A DNA stretch of 64,000 nt from a candidate division WOR-3 bacterium. GTDB taxonomy: Bacteria; Hydrothermota; Tepidihabitantia; Tepidihabitantales; Tepidihabitantaceae. The notes below the pieces were generated by a model, which was not told the DNA's origin, ran no database searches, and saw nothing but the letters and a program-made list of their open reading frames with translations. The position numbers were made by a program, and so were the translations under genes. This document shows, piece after piece, positions 8,585-17,667 of the stretch. The stretch's first letter is position 1. Every line of letters begins with the position of its first letter. Where the stretch lies: the NCBI GenBank assembly GCA_039801085.1, contig JBDRTY010000001.1, positions 310,852 through 374,851 of the forward strand, read 5' to 3'.

Positions 8585-10837
8585 ATGCGGTGGCTGCCGA
8601 GGCTGGTATACCGGTATTCGGTCTGGATTACAGCCGGAGTCGGGCTACTGACGCTGGTGCTGGGCTATTTCCTCAAGGAGCTGAAGATTGATGCGGAAGT
8701 CACCAGGATGATGCCTGCCGGTGAGGCGGGAGTTGAGGTGCTGCGGGTGGTGGACCGGGAGTTTGGCGGTTCGGAGCAGGCAATTGTGGTTATTGAGTCC
8801 GAAAGTCTCTTCAGTCCGACGGTGCTTTCCGGTATCGAAAGACTGGTAGAACAACTGTCAGCCATTAGTACGGTCAATCAGGTGACCGCGCTGAATAATC
8901 TGCAGGATGTCCGCGGAAGCGGTGATGAGGTGGTGATATCCCGGCTGATTGATTCCATTCCGTCAACCCGGGCGGGTCTGGAGTCACTGCGTGCCCGGGT
9001 ACTTGCTGACCGGCGTTACCGGGGCAGGCTGGTAGCAGAGGATGGGAAGGCAGCGCTGATTCTGGTCCGGCTCAGACCTGATGTGGACAAGGCGCAGGCG
9101 ATCCGGCAGATTGAGACGGCAGTTAAACAGGCACACTTTCCGGGCCGGGTTTCCCTTGCGGGGTCACCGGCGCTGATGGAGTTTGTCCGGCGCTGGATGG
9201 TTGCTGATCTCTTGAAGCTGATTCCGCTGGTAGTGCTGGTGCTGCTCATGGTTCTGGGGGTGGCGAGCCGGACCTGGGGCGGAACACTGCTGCCACTGCT
9301 GGTCGTGCTGGTGGCGGTTGTCTGGACGATGGGGCTGGTCGGGCTGTTCCGCCAGCCGGTGACGATTGTAATGGTTGTGCTGCCACCGATTCTGCTTGCT
9401 GTCGGCAGCGCCTACGGGATTCACATTTTGGAACGCTGGCAGCAGGAGAGTCGCAATGGTCTGGACCGGCGGGAAGTGGTGGAGCGGGCGGTCGGCAGAA
9501 CCGGGGTGCCGGTCTTCCTGGCGATGGTTACCACTGCTGCGGGATTTGCTGCCAACCTGGTGATGAAGGTAGTAGCAATCAGGGTCTTTGCTCTGTTTGC
9601 TGTTGTCGGGATTGCGGTTTCCTTTGTGCTGGCGGTCGTCTTTCTGCCGGCACTGCTGATGCTGCTGCCGGTGAAGCCGGCAAGAGTCCGGTCAGAAACT
9701 CCTTCCCGGTCAGCCCGATGGCTGGGTCAGTTTGCTCAACGGATTATCCGGTTCAGAACCACGGTGCTGATAATCGCAGTGTTTGTATTCGTGATCGCTC
9801 TGCTGTCCGGGAGCCGGGTCAGACCGGAGACCGATTTTGTCCGCTATTTCAAATCCGGTTCCGAACCTGCCCGGGCAGCAGAGATTGTCAACCGGCAGTT
9901 CGGTGGTGAACTGCAGTTTGAGATTCTGGTCGAGGGTGATATTCAGGACCCGGCGGTATTAAGCCAGATGGAAAAATTCAGCAGTGACCTGGAGCAGATT
10001 GAGCATATCACTCATATCAGCTCAATCGTTGAGGTGCTGAAATCAACCAACCGGGCATTCAATCAGAACCGGCAGGATGCTGAGGTGCTGCCTCAAAACC
10101 GGGATGAGGTTGCTCAGTATCTTCTCCTGCTTTCCTTTTCCGGTTCCGACTACCTTGCCAGTCTGGTGACCCCCGATTACCGGCTTGCCCGGATCACCGC
10201 CCAGTTCAACGAGCACAGCAGTGCGGAGCTGGGGAGGGCGATTAGAGAGATCCGAGCGCTGATCAGAAGGGATTTCGGTCCGGAGGTCCGGGTCCGGCTG
10301 GGCGGTGTACCGCTGGCGATCTATGCCCTGCATGAAGGGATCGCCACAAGCCAGCTCTGGAGCATCATTGCTGCCCTGCTGGCGGTTGTGGCGCTGGTCG
10401 CAGTGATGTTCCGTTCACTGAGGCTGGGTCTGGCTGCGGTCCTGCCGGTCGGCTTTACCTTGGCAATGGCGTTCGGGCTGATGGGGCTTTTCGGGATCAG
10501 GGTGGATGTGGTGTCCGCAATGCTCGGTTCGATTGCGGTGGGTATCGGGATTGATTATTCCTGCCATCTGATCGCCCGATTCCGTGAAGAGTCAGGAGAA
10601 AAGGATATCAGGTCACGACTGACCCGGACCGTGCAGGCGGTCGGACCACCGATTCTCACCAATGCACTCGCGGTCGGGCTGGGCTTTGCGGTGCTCGGCG
10701 GTTCGTCGCTGATGATTGTGCAGAAATTCGGACTGCTGATTGCCGGGGCGATGCTTTTTTCCGGATTTGCCGCACTGCTGCTCGTGCCGGCAGTGCTGGC
10801 AGGGGTTTTAAAGACAAACCAAGGAGATAAAAAATGA
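8585..10837 (+). CDS. MMPL/RND-superfamily exporter (12 TM, two-domain)
   Basis: 750 aa with two blocks of hydrophobic helices separated by periplasmic domains. HpnN/MmpL-like architecture. Confidence 0.7.
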   Translation: MRWLPRLVYRYSVWITAGVGLLTLVLGYFLKELKIDAEVTRMMPAGEAGVEVLRVVDREFGGSEQAIVVIESESLFSPTVLSGIERLVEQLSAISTVNQVTALNNLQDVRGSGDEVVISRLIDSIPSTRAGLESLRARVLADRRYRGRLVAEDGKAALILVRLRPDVDKAQAIRQIETAVKQAHFPGRVSLAGSPALMEFVRRWMVADLLKLIPLVVLVLLMVLGVASRTWGGTLLPLLVVLVAVVWTMGLVGLFRQPVTIVMVVLPPILLAVGSAYGIHILERWQQESRNGLDRREVVERAVGRTGVPVFLAMVTTAAGFAANLVMKVVAIRVFALFAVVGIAVSFVLAVVFLPALLMLLPVKPARVRSETPSRSARWLGQFAQRIIRFRTTVLIIAVFVFVIALLSGSRVRPETDFVRYFKSGSEPARAAEIVNRQFGGELQFEILVEGDIQDPAVLSQMEKFSSDLEQIEHITHISSIVEVLKSTNRAFNQNRQDAEVLPQNRDEVAQYLLLLSFSGSDYLASLVTPDYRLARITAQFNEHSSAELGRAIREIRALIRRDFGPEVRVRLGGVPLAIYALHEGIATSQLWSIIAALLAVVALVAVMFRSLRLGLAAVLPVGFTLAMAFGLMGLFGIRVDVVSAMLGSIAVGIGIDYSCHLIARFREESGEKDIRSRLTRTVQAVGPPILTNALAVGLGFAVLGGSSLMIVQKFGLLIAGAMLFSGFAALLLVPAVLAGVLKTNQGDKK

Positions 10838-11562
10838 AAAGGATGCAAGCTCTCACTTTAATTCTACTGTGCCTCAGTGCCGTAGTAGCGGCAATGAGCG
10901 GCGATGAGGTGCTGAACCGGATGCGGCAGGCAACGACCGCCGCAGACCGCCGGATTGAGGCGGTAATGAGGATTACCGATAAGAACGGCCGGGTTCAGGA
11001 GCGGGTTCTGCGGATGGTGATGAAGGGTGATAATAAACTGCTGGTGCGGTTTCTTGAGCCGGCAGATTTGCGCGGGGTCAGCTTCATGAGCACATCTCCG
11101 GAAAATATGTGGGTTTATCTGCCATCACAGGGCAGGGTGCGCCGGATTTCCGGCAGTGCGGCTGAAGCCAGTTTCGGCGGTTCGGATTTCTCCTACCGGG
11201 AAATGGCAAACATCTCCTTCGGCTCCAGCCGGGTGCGGGGTGTGCCGGTTGAGACCGAGCTCAACGGTGTCCGGGCGTATCAGCTGCTGATTGATGACGG
11301 CGGGACCCAGAGCCGGCTCTGGGTGGAAAAGGAGCGGTTTCTGCCTCTGCAGGTAGAACAGCTGGACCGGGAGGGCGGGGTGCGCAAGCGCATCATCTTT
11401 GCCGAGTTCCAGCAGGAAAAAGGGGTCTGGATGCCCTGGCTCATCCGGCTGGAAAACAGGGCAAAGGGCAGTGTTACCGAACTGCGGCTGAGAGGTGCGG
11501 AACTGAACATCGGAATCCGGGACAGCTATTTTTCTGAGGAGAATATGAAGAAAGGAGGATGA
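10834..11562 (+). CDS. Outer-membrane lipoprotein-sorting (LolA-like) protein
   Basis: Signal peptide, 242 aa. This protein is a conserved partner of RND/MMPL exporters. Start overlaps the upstream stop. Confidence 0.5.
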   Translation: MKRMQALTLILLCLSAVVAAMSGDEVLNRMRQATTAADRRIEAVMRITDKNGRVQERVLRMVMKGDNKLLVRFLEPADLRGVSFMSTSPENMWVYLPSQGRVRRISGSAAEASFGGSDFSYREMANISFGSSRVRGVPVETELNGVRAYQLLIDDGGTQSRLWVEKERFLPLQVEQLDREGGVRKRIIFAEFQQEKGVWMPWLIRLENRAKGSVTELRLRGAELNIGIRDSYFSEENMKKGG

Positions 11563-11563
11563 G

Positions 11564-12871
11564 ATGGCGGTCTGGGCATTGATTTTCAGTCTGCTGTCTG
11601 CGGGTCAGGTTCCGGTTCAGGGCGAGCTGTCCAGCCGGGCGCTTTTCCGGATCGAGGATCGCGACAGCTCCCGTTTCAGTTTCTTTAATACTGCCGGCAG
11701 TCTGGTTTTTACGCCGCTGGCAAATGAAAGGCTGGAAACAAAGCTCGGGTTCACAATCCGGGCACAGGGGTTTCCGCTGATAAACAGTGCGACCCAGCTC
11801 AGTGAGGCGGACATCGTTGAACCGGTGAGTGTGCTTCTTGATGAGGCATATGTCCGGTTTTACGACCTGGTGCCGGGTTTGAGTTTTACCGCAGGCAGAC
11901 AGCGGGTGCACTGGGGCAGTGCGGATGTGATCAATCCGACCGACAACTTTACCACTCCGGACTATTCCGATCCGCTTGTCTGGGACCGCCGGCGACCGGT
12001 CTGGATGCTGCATCTGGGATATTCACCATTAAACGCACTGGGTATGGAGTTCGGTCTGAAACCGGTTTTCGAGCCTGCACTCAACCCGCCTGGTTCCTGG
12101 TATGATGCCAGGATTCTGCCGACCGCCCAGGAGTTGCGTTCCGCTCTGGTGGCACAGCTGATCGGCATGGGCTATGACCCGGTGCTTGCGGAGCAGATTG
12201 CGGGTCAGTTTGACATCCGCATCCGGGAGCTGATGAACCTGCCGGATCAGACACTGAAGGATCTCACCTGGGGTGGCAGGGTCAGGACCCATCTCGGCAG
12301 GTTTGATTTCTCGCTCAGCGGTCTGCGCGGATATGACTTTCTTCCTGAGGCACAGCCGGTTTTGACGACCGATTTTGCCCAGCAGCGACTGGATTTTGTG
12401 CTTAATGAGTTCTTTCCGCAGAAGACGGTTTTCGGTGCGGATCTGGCAACCGAGCTTGCCGGGATCGGGCTGTGGGCAGAGGCGGCATATGCCTTTTACG
12501 ATGACACCATGCTCAGTGACCGGCTGTCGGTAATCGGTGGCATAGACTACTCATTTGCCGGTTTTTATCTCAACCTCCAGTATCTGCACGGCGATTTTCC
12601 GCTTGCCCGGCTTCAGACTGAGCCGGTGCGGGACTTTCTGCTTGCCGGACTTGAGCACCGGTTCATTTCGGACCGGCTGCTGGTCCGGCTCGGCGGGGTC
12701 CTGGAGCTGGAAAAGCGCTCATTCGGGCTGATACCGCTGGTGCGAATTACACCGGTAAGCGGACTGAACCTGGAGCTGACCGGACTGGTGTTTTCCGGAA
12801 AAACCGGTTCCGCATTTGCACCTCTGGACCGGGTGCGGGAACTGGGTTTTGGAATCAGTTATCAGTTCTGA
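11564..12871 (+). CDS. Outer-membrane beta-barrel protein (DUF1302/alginate-export-like), exporter-associated
   Basis: Alternating amphipathic beta-strands and a C-terminal ...GISYQF ending in Phe. Third gene of the marR-MMPL cluster. Confidence 0.5.
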   Translation: MAVWALIFSLLSAGQVPVQGELSSRALFRIEDRDSSRFSFFNTAGSLVFTPLANERLETKLGFTIRAQGFPLINSATQLSEADIVEPVSVLLDEAYVRFYDLVPGLSFTAGRQRVHWGSADVINPTDNFTTPDYSDPLVWDRRRPVWMLHLGYSPLNALGMEFGLKPVFEPALNPPGSWYDARILPTAQELRSALVAQLIGMGYDPVLAEQIAGQFDIRIRELMNLPDQTLKDLTWGGRVRTHLGRFDFSLSGLRGYDFLPEAQPVLTTDFAQQRLDFVLNEFFPQKTVFGADLATELAGIGLWAEAAYAFYDDTMLSDRLSVIGGIDYSFAGFYLNLQYLHGDFPLARLQTEPVRDFLLAGLEHRFISDRLLVRLGGVLELEKRSFGLIPLVRITPVSGLNLELTGLVFSGKTGSAFAPLDRVRELGFGISYQF

Positions 12872-12889
12872 GTTTGCAGGAAGGGAGAG

Positions 12890-12960
12890 CTGGGGGACAG
12901 GGATTCGAACCCCGACTAGCTGGTCCAGAGCCAGCCGTCCTACCGTTAGACGATCCCCCA
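12890..12960 (-). tRNA. tRNA-Gln (anticodon CTG)
   Basis: Cloverleaf on the reverse complement: acceptor TGGGGGA/TCCCCCA, T-loop GGTTCGAATCC, anticodon loop CTCTGGA. Confidence 0.7.
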
Positions 12961-13029
12961 GTGCGATAAAAGATTAATTCTGGAGAGATCAAAGTCAAGT
13001 CAGTCCGGCATCCTTCTGAGGAGTGGTGA

Positions 13030-13057
13030 TTGACACCTGCTGATGATGCAATATAAT
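13030..13057 (+). promoter_or_regulatory. Sigma70-like promoter TTGACA-N16-TATAAT. It predicts a leaderless GTG start at 13066.
   Basis: -35 at 13030..13035, -10 at 13052..13057. Only 8 nt separate the -10 from the start codon. Confidence 0.45.
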
Positions 13058-13065
13058 GGCTAATC

Positions 13066-14295
13066 GTGCGATTTGCAAGATTATTATCCTTCCTGCTGCC
13101 GGTTTTCATTCTGCTGATACTTTTTTCCGCCTGTGCCCGGCATGAGGTCAAGCCGGCAGAGCGGTTCGTGACCGTCTTTGTTTCCTCTGGACTCACACCC
13201 GAGGGGCGGGCAGGAATGGCAAAACTGGTGGCGGAGATAAGAGGCAGAACACCGGTTATCTGGATTGACGGTGGCATCTCAGCAGACACCCGCGGACCGC
13301 TCCGGTTCAGCGATGGTGAACTGCTTACTGACCTGCCCTCGGCTGCGGGGTGCGATGTGGTCCTGCTGACTTCGGACTGGCTCGGGTTCGGGGTGAACCG
13401 GCTGAAACTGCTGGTGGACCGGGCACGGCTGCGGGTGCTGTGTGCCAATCTTGAGGACAGCCTGGGCATGCCGGTTGCCCATCCCTGGATGACCAGAAAT
13501 GCCGGCGGGATCAGTTTCGGTATCACCGCGCTCTATACCGACACCAGCGACTGGCGCCGGTATCAGCAGGGATTAAGGCTGATTTCCCCTGAATATGCGG
13601 CAAGGAAGATTTCCGGGCTTATTGCCCGCAATACCGATTTCCGGCTACTCATTCTGCCCGCAGGCGCCAGTGGTCAGTTCAGCGGTTATGACCTGACTTT
13701 AACCGCTGAGCCGGGCAGGGTTTTCCGTTATGATCTGGTATTCCTTGGTTCCCGGCTGAACAACCTGACAAAAACCGAGCTTGACCTGAATTCACTTGTG
13801 CCCGAACCCGCGGTTCAGCAGCGGATTGACTCCCTGCTTGCGGAATATGAAACCCGGGCACAGGCACCGGTTATCGAGAGCCGGGTAAAAATTCCGCCCC
13901 GGATTCTGCGCAAGGCGGTCATTGACGGGCTGATGGACCTGAGGCTGGCAGAGGTGATTGTCTATGATACGCTCCGGCTGGTCCGGGATACGATATTTCC
14001 CGGTATGATCACCCAACGCCGGCTGGCTGAGGTCTTTACCGAACCCGGCAGATGGGCGCTGGTCCAGCTGGAGGGGAGCGAAATCCGCCAGCTTGCCAGT
14101 CAGCCGGGATTGAAAATTGAGACCAGAAAAAATCTGCCCGGTGGCAGACTGATGGCACACAAGAGATACCGGGTAATGATGCCTGCGAGTCTGCTTGAGG
14201 CGCATCCGGAAATCTATACCCGCGGGTTTGAATTCACACTCCTGCCCCTTTATCAGTATGCGGCGGACATCCTGCAGGCACAGGGGAAGCGATGA
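13066..14295 (+). CDS. Lipoprotein with a 5'-nucleotidase C-terminal-like domain (hypothetical)
   Basis: Lipobox LFSAC. C-terminal segment GMITQRRLAEVFTEPGRWALVQLEGSEIRQL resembles the UshA C-terminal fold pattern. Confidence 0.45.
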   Translation: MRFARLLSFLLPVFILLILFSACARHEVKPAERFVTVFVSSGLTPEGRAGMAKLVAEIRGRTPVIWIDGGISADTRGPLRFSDGELLTDLPSAAGCDVVLLTSDWLGFGVNRLKLLVDRARLRVLCANLEDSLGMPVAHPWMTRNAGGISFGITALYTDTSDWRRYQQGLRLISPEYAARKISGLIARNTDFRLLILPAGASGQFSGYDLTLTAEPGRVFRYDLVFLGSRLNNLTKTELDLNSLVPEPAVQQRIDSLLAEYETRAQAPVIESRVKIPPRILRKAVIDGLMDLRLAEVIVYDTLRLVRDTIFPGMITQRRLAEVFTEPGRWALVQLEGSEIRQLASQPGLKIETRKNLPGGRLMAHKRYRVMMPASLLEAHPEIYTRGFEFTLLPLYQYAADILQAQGKR

Positions 14296-15014
14296 GCGGG
14301 TTCAACCTCCATTTCCGCTGGGGCAGGTTCATCTGGACCGTGCTGATCACCGTTTACTTTCTGATTTTTTTCACCAATTTCTTTCACGATGCGGCACCGG
14401 AACGGGCGATTCTGCCTACACTCTTTGCCTGGATTTTTGTCCTGTGGCTCGGAGTGGAGTACTACTTCGGTTCCCCATTCTTCCAGTCCGGAGTGGTTGA
14501 GCCCCACGGCTTCTGGCGGGCACTCTTCGCCTTCTATGTCTATCCGCTGCTCGGCTATCTGGGAGCGGACTATATCTGGTGGCGTTTGACCCAGATTCCC
14601 CTGCCACCCGCGGTTTTCGGAGTATTAGGGCTGCTGATTTTCGGTTTCGGAACCTGGCTCCGGCTGGCAACCCTTTTCGGCATTCTCCGCATCATCCAGC
14701 GCAAATCGGGCAGTGGTGAACTGCTCATACCGACAAAGAAGTTTCTGGGGCTGAAATTTCAGCGGCTCTGCCGGCATCCGCGCTATCTTGGCACTCTGAT
14801 TCAGCTGCTGGGTGCAGCGCTGGTGTTCAACTCCTGGGGAGGGGTGGTGCTGGTGCTGGGGCTGGGACTGCCGCTGATCTGGGCACAGGTGCGTTATGAG
14901 GAGCGGGTTCTTAAGGCAAATATGAGACCGGATTATGAGGCATATTCCAGGACCGTGCCGGTGCTCCTGCCGGCATTGAACCGCCATCCCCAGAAAACAG
15001 CACGGCAGGCATGA
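14292..15014 (+). CDS. Isoprenylcysteine carboxyl methyltransferase (ICMT/PEMT) family membrane methyltransferase
   Basis: Multi-TM protein with RHPRYLG and downstream E..L motifs. Start overlaps the upstream stop. Confidence 0.6.
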   Translation: MSGFNLHFRWGRFIWTVLITVYFLIFFTNFFHDAAPERAILPTLFAWIFVLWLGVEYYFGSPFFQSGVVEPHGFWRALFAFYVYPLLGYLGADYIWWRLTQIPLPPAVFGVLGLLIFGFGTWLRLATLFGILRIIQRKSGSGELLIPTKKFLGLKFQRLCRHPRYLGTLIQLLGAALVFNSWGGVVLVLGLGLPLIWAQVRYEERVLKANMRPDYEAYSRTVPVLLPALNRHPQKTARQA

Positions 15015-15021
15015 CCACAGA

Positions 15022-15050
15022 ACCGGGGCCAGCCCCGGGCATGCCCCTCT
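15022..15050. repeat. Second copy of the GC-rich palindromic element (see 1297..1321)
   Basis: ggggccagccccgggcatgcccctc lies immediately after the ICMT stop. Confidence 0.5.
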
Positions 15051-15194
15051 GATTAAAGTTTCGGATTAACTCTTTTATCTAAAATACCAATATACCGAAT
15101 GTTATGCATTAAATAAAACCGGCTGTGAAATCCTGCCCGGTTCCGGACTCTAACTGTATGAAGAAAGGAAAGAGCAAACTGAAAGGAGGAAGTT

Positions 15195-15563
15195 ATGAAC
15201 AGTAACACCCTGAAAAGGGTTCAGAAATGGCAGGTCAAGACCGAGCCGGAGCGGGTTTGTGAACTGCTTCGGGCACTCCGGTCCGGGATGGTGAAAAACA
15301 CCGAGCTGATGCAGGAGCTTTTGGTGGAGATTGAGACCCGGGTCCGGCAGGTGCTGAATGACGCCGGGGTGGTGACCATCCTTTATCCCTTCTATCTCAA
15401 CTTCGGAAGGGAGGTGTTTGCCCGCCGGCTGCGGTTTGCCGGACAGTCACTTTTGATTGAGGTTGATGTGCTGCTGGAGAAATGGGTGCGCCGGGGTCTG
15501 GACCGGCAGGTGCTTGAGCGGATCCGGGATGAGGTGTTCACCCTGACCGAGCCGGAGGATTAG
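15195..15563 (+). CDS. Hypothetical protein
   Basis: AAAGGAGG RBS 5 nt upstream. 122 aa. Ends with TAG. Confidence 0.5.
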   Translation: MNSNTLKRVQKWQVKTEPERVCELLRALRSGMVKNTELMQELLVEIETRVRQVLNDAGVVTILYPFYLNFGREVFARRLRFAGQSLLIEVDVLLEKWVRRGLDRQVLERIRDEVFTLTEPED

Positions 15564-15658
15564 CCGGTTTTGTCGGTGCCGGATTTGCCTGGATGGTGAT
15601 TCTGGATAAAATTCTGAATGTGAAGGCGGTAGATACGCAAATGACGGAGGTGACAGTT

Positions 15659-16645
15659 ATGCGTTTCAGGACCGTTCTGATCCTGACCGTCCTCTGCCTC
15701 GCTGGGTGCCGGCTGTTTCCGAATCGTCCGGAGGTGATTAACTATCAAACCGGCGGTCAGGTTGAGGACCTGTGTATTTATGGCAACCGGCTGTTTATCG
15801 CCAACGGTGATTCCGGGGTGCTGGTGCTGGATGTGACCGAGCCGACCGCACCCGTCAAGGTGGCGGAGCGGAAGTTCCCTTACTATCACTTCCGAGCCAT
15901 TCACGCCTGCGATACGCTTGTTTTTGCCGGCACCGATTCGGGCCATATCTTCCGGTTCATCCTCCGGGACACCGCGCTGATCCTGGTCAGTCTGCAGGAT
16001 TTCACCCTTACGGGTCCGATTGTCGGAATCACCTACACCAAGTACCCGAGCTTTGCCTATGTGCTGACCCCGAAGAAGCTGGCGGTCTTCATGCCCGAAC
16101 CCTGGCATTACAAGGAGAAACTGCTTTATTACAGCGATGCGGTGGACATTGATGGCCGGAATAACGAATATGATGTCAAGGTTGCCCAGCGGAATGACGG
16201 GGTCAGGGTTTTCTTCGCCCAGCTGGTGGCGGATACGCTGGTAATAAACCACACCGATTTTTTTTACGATTACGAGGGTATGGAGGGGATATTCCGCAAT
16301 GACGCCTACATTGGCCAGCGGGGTCTGTTTATCGCCGAGGGCGCAGACGGACTCTGGGGGGTGGGGATCGGACCTCCCAACGGTGGGGATACACTTTACC
16401 GCTTTGACACCCGCGGATTTGCCTATGACGGCTGTGCCAGCGGGGAGTATGTGTATGTGGCGGATGGCGGCGGGGTGAGTGTGCTCAAGATGAGCCTCAG
16501 CGAGAAACTGCGGGAGGTGTGCTATCTGGAACTGCCGGGATTGACGAGAAAACTGGTTGCCTACAATGACATTCCGGGCAACCGGTTCTACATCTTTGCC
16601 GCCTCCGGCGCCGGCGGACTGCACATCTTCAAACAGTGGCGATGA
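15659..16645 (+). CDS. Lipoprotein with LVIVD-type beta-propeller repeats
   Basis: GGAGGT RBS. Lipobox LCLAGC. Repeats GVLVLDVTEPTAPV and YVYVADGGGVSVLKMS. The overlapping 354-aa minus-strand ORF was rejected. Confidence 0.55.
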   Translation: MRFRTVLILTVLCLAGCRLFPNRPEVINYQTGGQVEDLCIYGNRLFIANGDSGVLVLDVTEPTAPVKVAERKFPYYHFRAIHACDTLVFAGTDSGHIFRFILRDTALILVSLQDFTLTGPIVGITYTKYPSFAYVLTPKKLAVFMPEPWHYKEKLLYYSDAVDIDGRNNEYDVKVAQRNDGVRVFFAQLVADTLVINHTDFFYDYEGMEGIFRNDAYIGQRGLFIAEGADGLWGVGIGPPNGGDTLYRFDTRGFAYDGCASGEYVYVADGGGVSVLKMSLSEKLREVCYLELPGLTRKLVAYNDIPGNRFYIFAASGAGGLHIFKQWR

Positions 16646-17571
16646 GCAGGCGGTTGCTTCTGGTGCTGAGCGGACTGATTATTTCCGCCTGCTGCTGCCG
16701 GATTGAAAGCGGACAGCAGAAATTCAACGACTACCTGATCCAGCTTCAGAATGTGGACTTGGAGGCGATCGGAAACACCCGGTTTGATCTGGTGATTATT
16801 GACTATTCCCGGGACGGGAGTGAGGAGGGGCGGTTCAGCCCTGATGCGATCCGGGCGCTGAAGACCAGCCCTGGTGGCAGTAAGCTGGTGATTGCCTATC
16901 TGAGCATTGGTGAGGCGGAATCCTACCGCTGGTACTGGGACAGCCTGTGGGATGCGGATCGGGACGGCCGTCCGGATCCGGGTGCGCCCTCCTGGCTTGG
17001 TGATGCCAATCCGGACTGGCCGGATAATTACAAGGTCCGCTACTGGGAGCAGGGCTGGCAGGAAATTATTTATCTTTACCTCGACAGGATCATTGACGCC
17101 GGTTTTGACGGTGTCCTGCTGGATGTGGTTGACGCCTATGAATACTGGGGTCCGGAGGGAGAGAGCGGGGCAGAGTTTGCACCGGCAGCTTCGGAAATGG
17201 TCCGGTTTGTCAGCGGGATTGCCTCCTATACCCGGCAGGTGCGCGGCCGAAGCGACTTTCTGGTCATTCCCAACGGCGGTGAAGGTCTGGGGGAGTTTGA
17301 TGAGTATCGCACCGTGGTCTCTGCCATTCTGCGCGAGGATGTCTGGTATTACGACAACAGCCCGCAGCCGCCAGAGGCAACTGCCGAGGTCATTGACCGG
17401 TTGAATCGGTTTCACTCTGAAGGGAAGCCGGTTCTCGTGCTTGATTATGTGACCGAACCGGTGCTCATTGACGATTTTTACGCCCGGGCGGAGTCGATGG
17501 GTTTCATTCCCTATGCCACGGTGCGGGCGCTGGACCGGTTGACAATCAATCCGGGACACGAGCCGGACTGA
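16636..17571 (+). CDS. Glycoside hydrolase family 114-like (TM1410/PelA-hydrolase-type endo-alpha-1,4-polygalactosaminidase) lipoprotein
   Basis: TIM-barrel GH114 pattern (DY...VIAY.S.GE, GFDGV.LD.VD.Y). Lipobox ISAC. Confidence 0.5.
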   Translation: MAMSRRLLLVLSGLIISACCCRIESGQQKFNDYLIQLQNVDLEAIGNTRFDLVIIDYSRDGSEEGRFSPDAIRALKTSPGGSKLVIAYLSIGEAESYRWYWDSLWDADRDGRPDPGAPSWLGDANPDWPDNYKVRYWEQGWQEIIYLYLDRIIDAGFDGVLLDVVDAYEYWGPEGESGAEFAPAASEMVRFVSGIASYTRQVRGRSDFLVIPNGGEGLGEFDEYRTVVSAILREDVWYYDNSPQPPEATAEVIDRLNRFHSEGKPVLVLDYVTEPVLIDDFYARAESMGFIPYATVRALDRLTINPGHEPD

Positions 17572-17667
17572 AGGCGGGGAAATACTTGACAAGGGGTATT
17601 TGTTGAAGCATATTTTATTAAGTGCCAAGTAAGCCGACGCCGTTAATCAGTGCTGTTAGGATAAGCT

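Noticed and set aside
12855-13526. 223-aa minus-strand ORF spanning tRNA-Gln and the lipoprotein gene start
   Set aside because: - Overlaps a bona fide tRNA and a promoter.
- Ser/Arg-rich composition without motifs.
15560-16624. 354-aa minus-strand ORF overlapping the LVIVD lipoprotein gene
   Set aside because: - It is an antisense ORF typical of high-GC DNA.
- The plus-strand frame has an RBS, a lipoprotein signal and recognisable repeats. The minus frame is Arg/Pro/Gly-rich with no motifs.
16588-17628. 346-aa minus-strand ORF overlapping the GH114 gene
   Set aside because: - Same reasoning. The plus strand carries a recognisable GH114 TIM-barrel and a lipobox.
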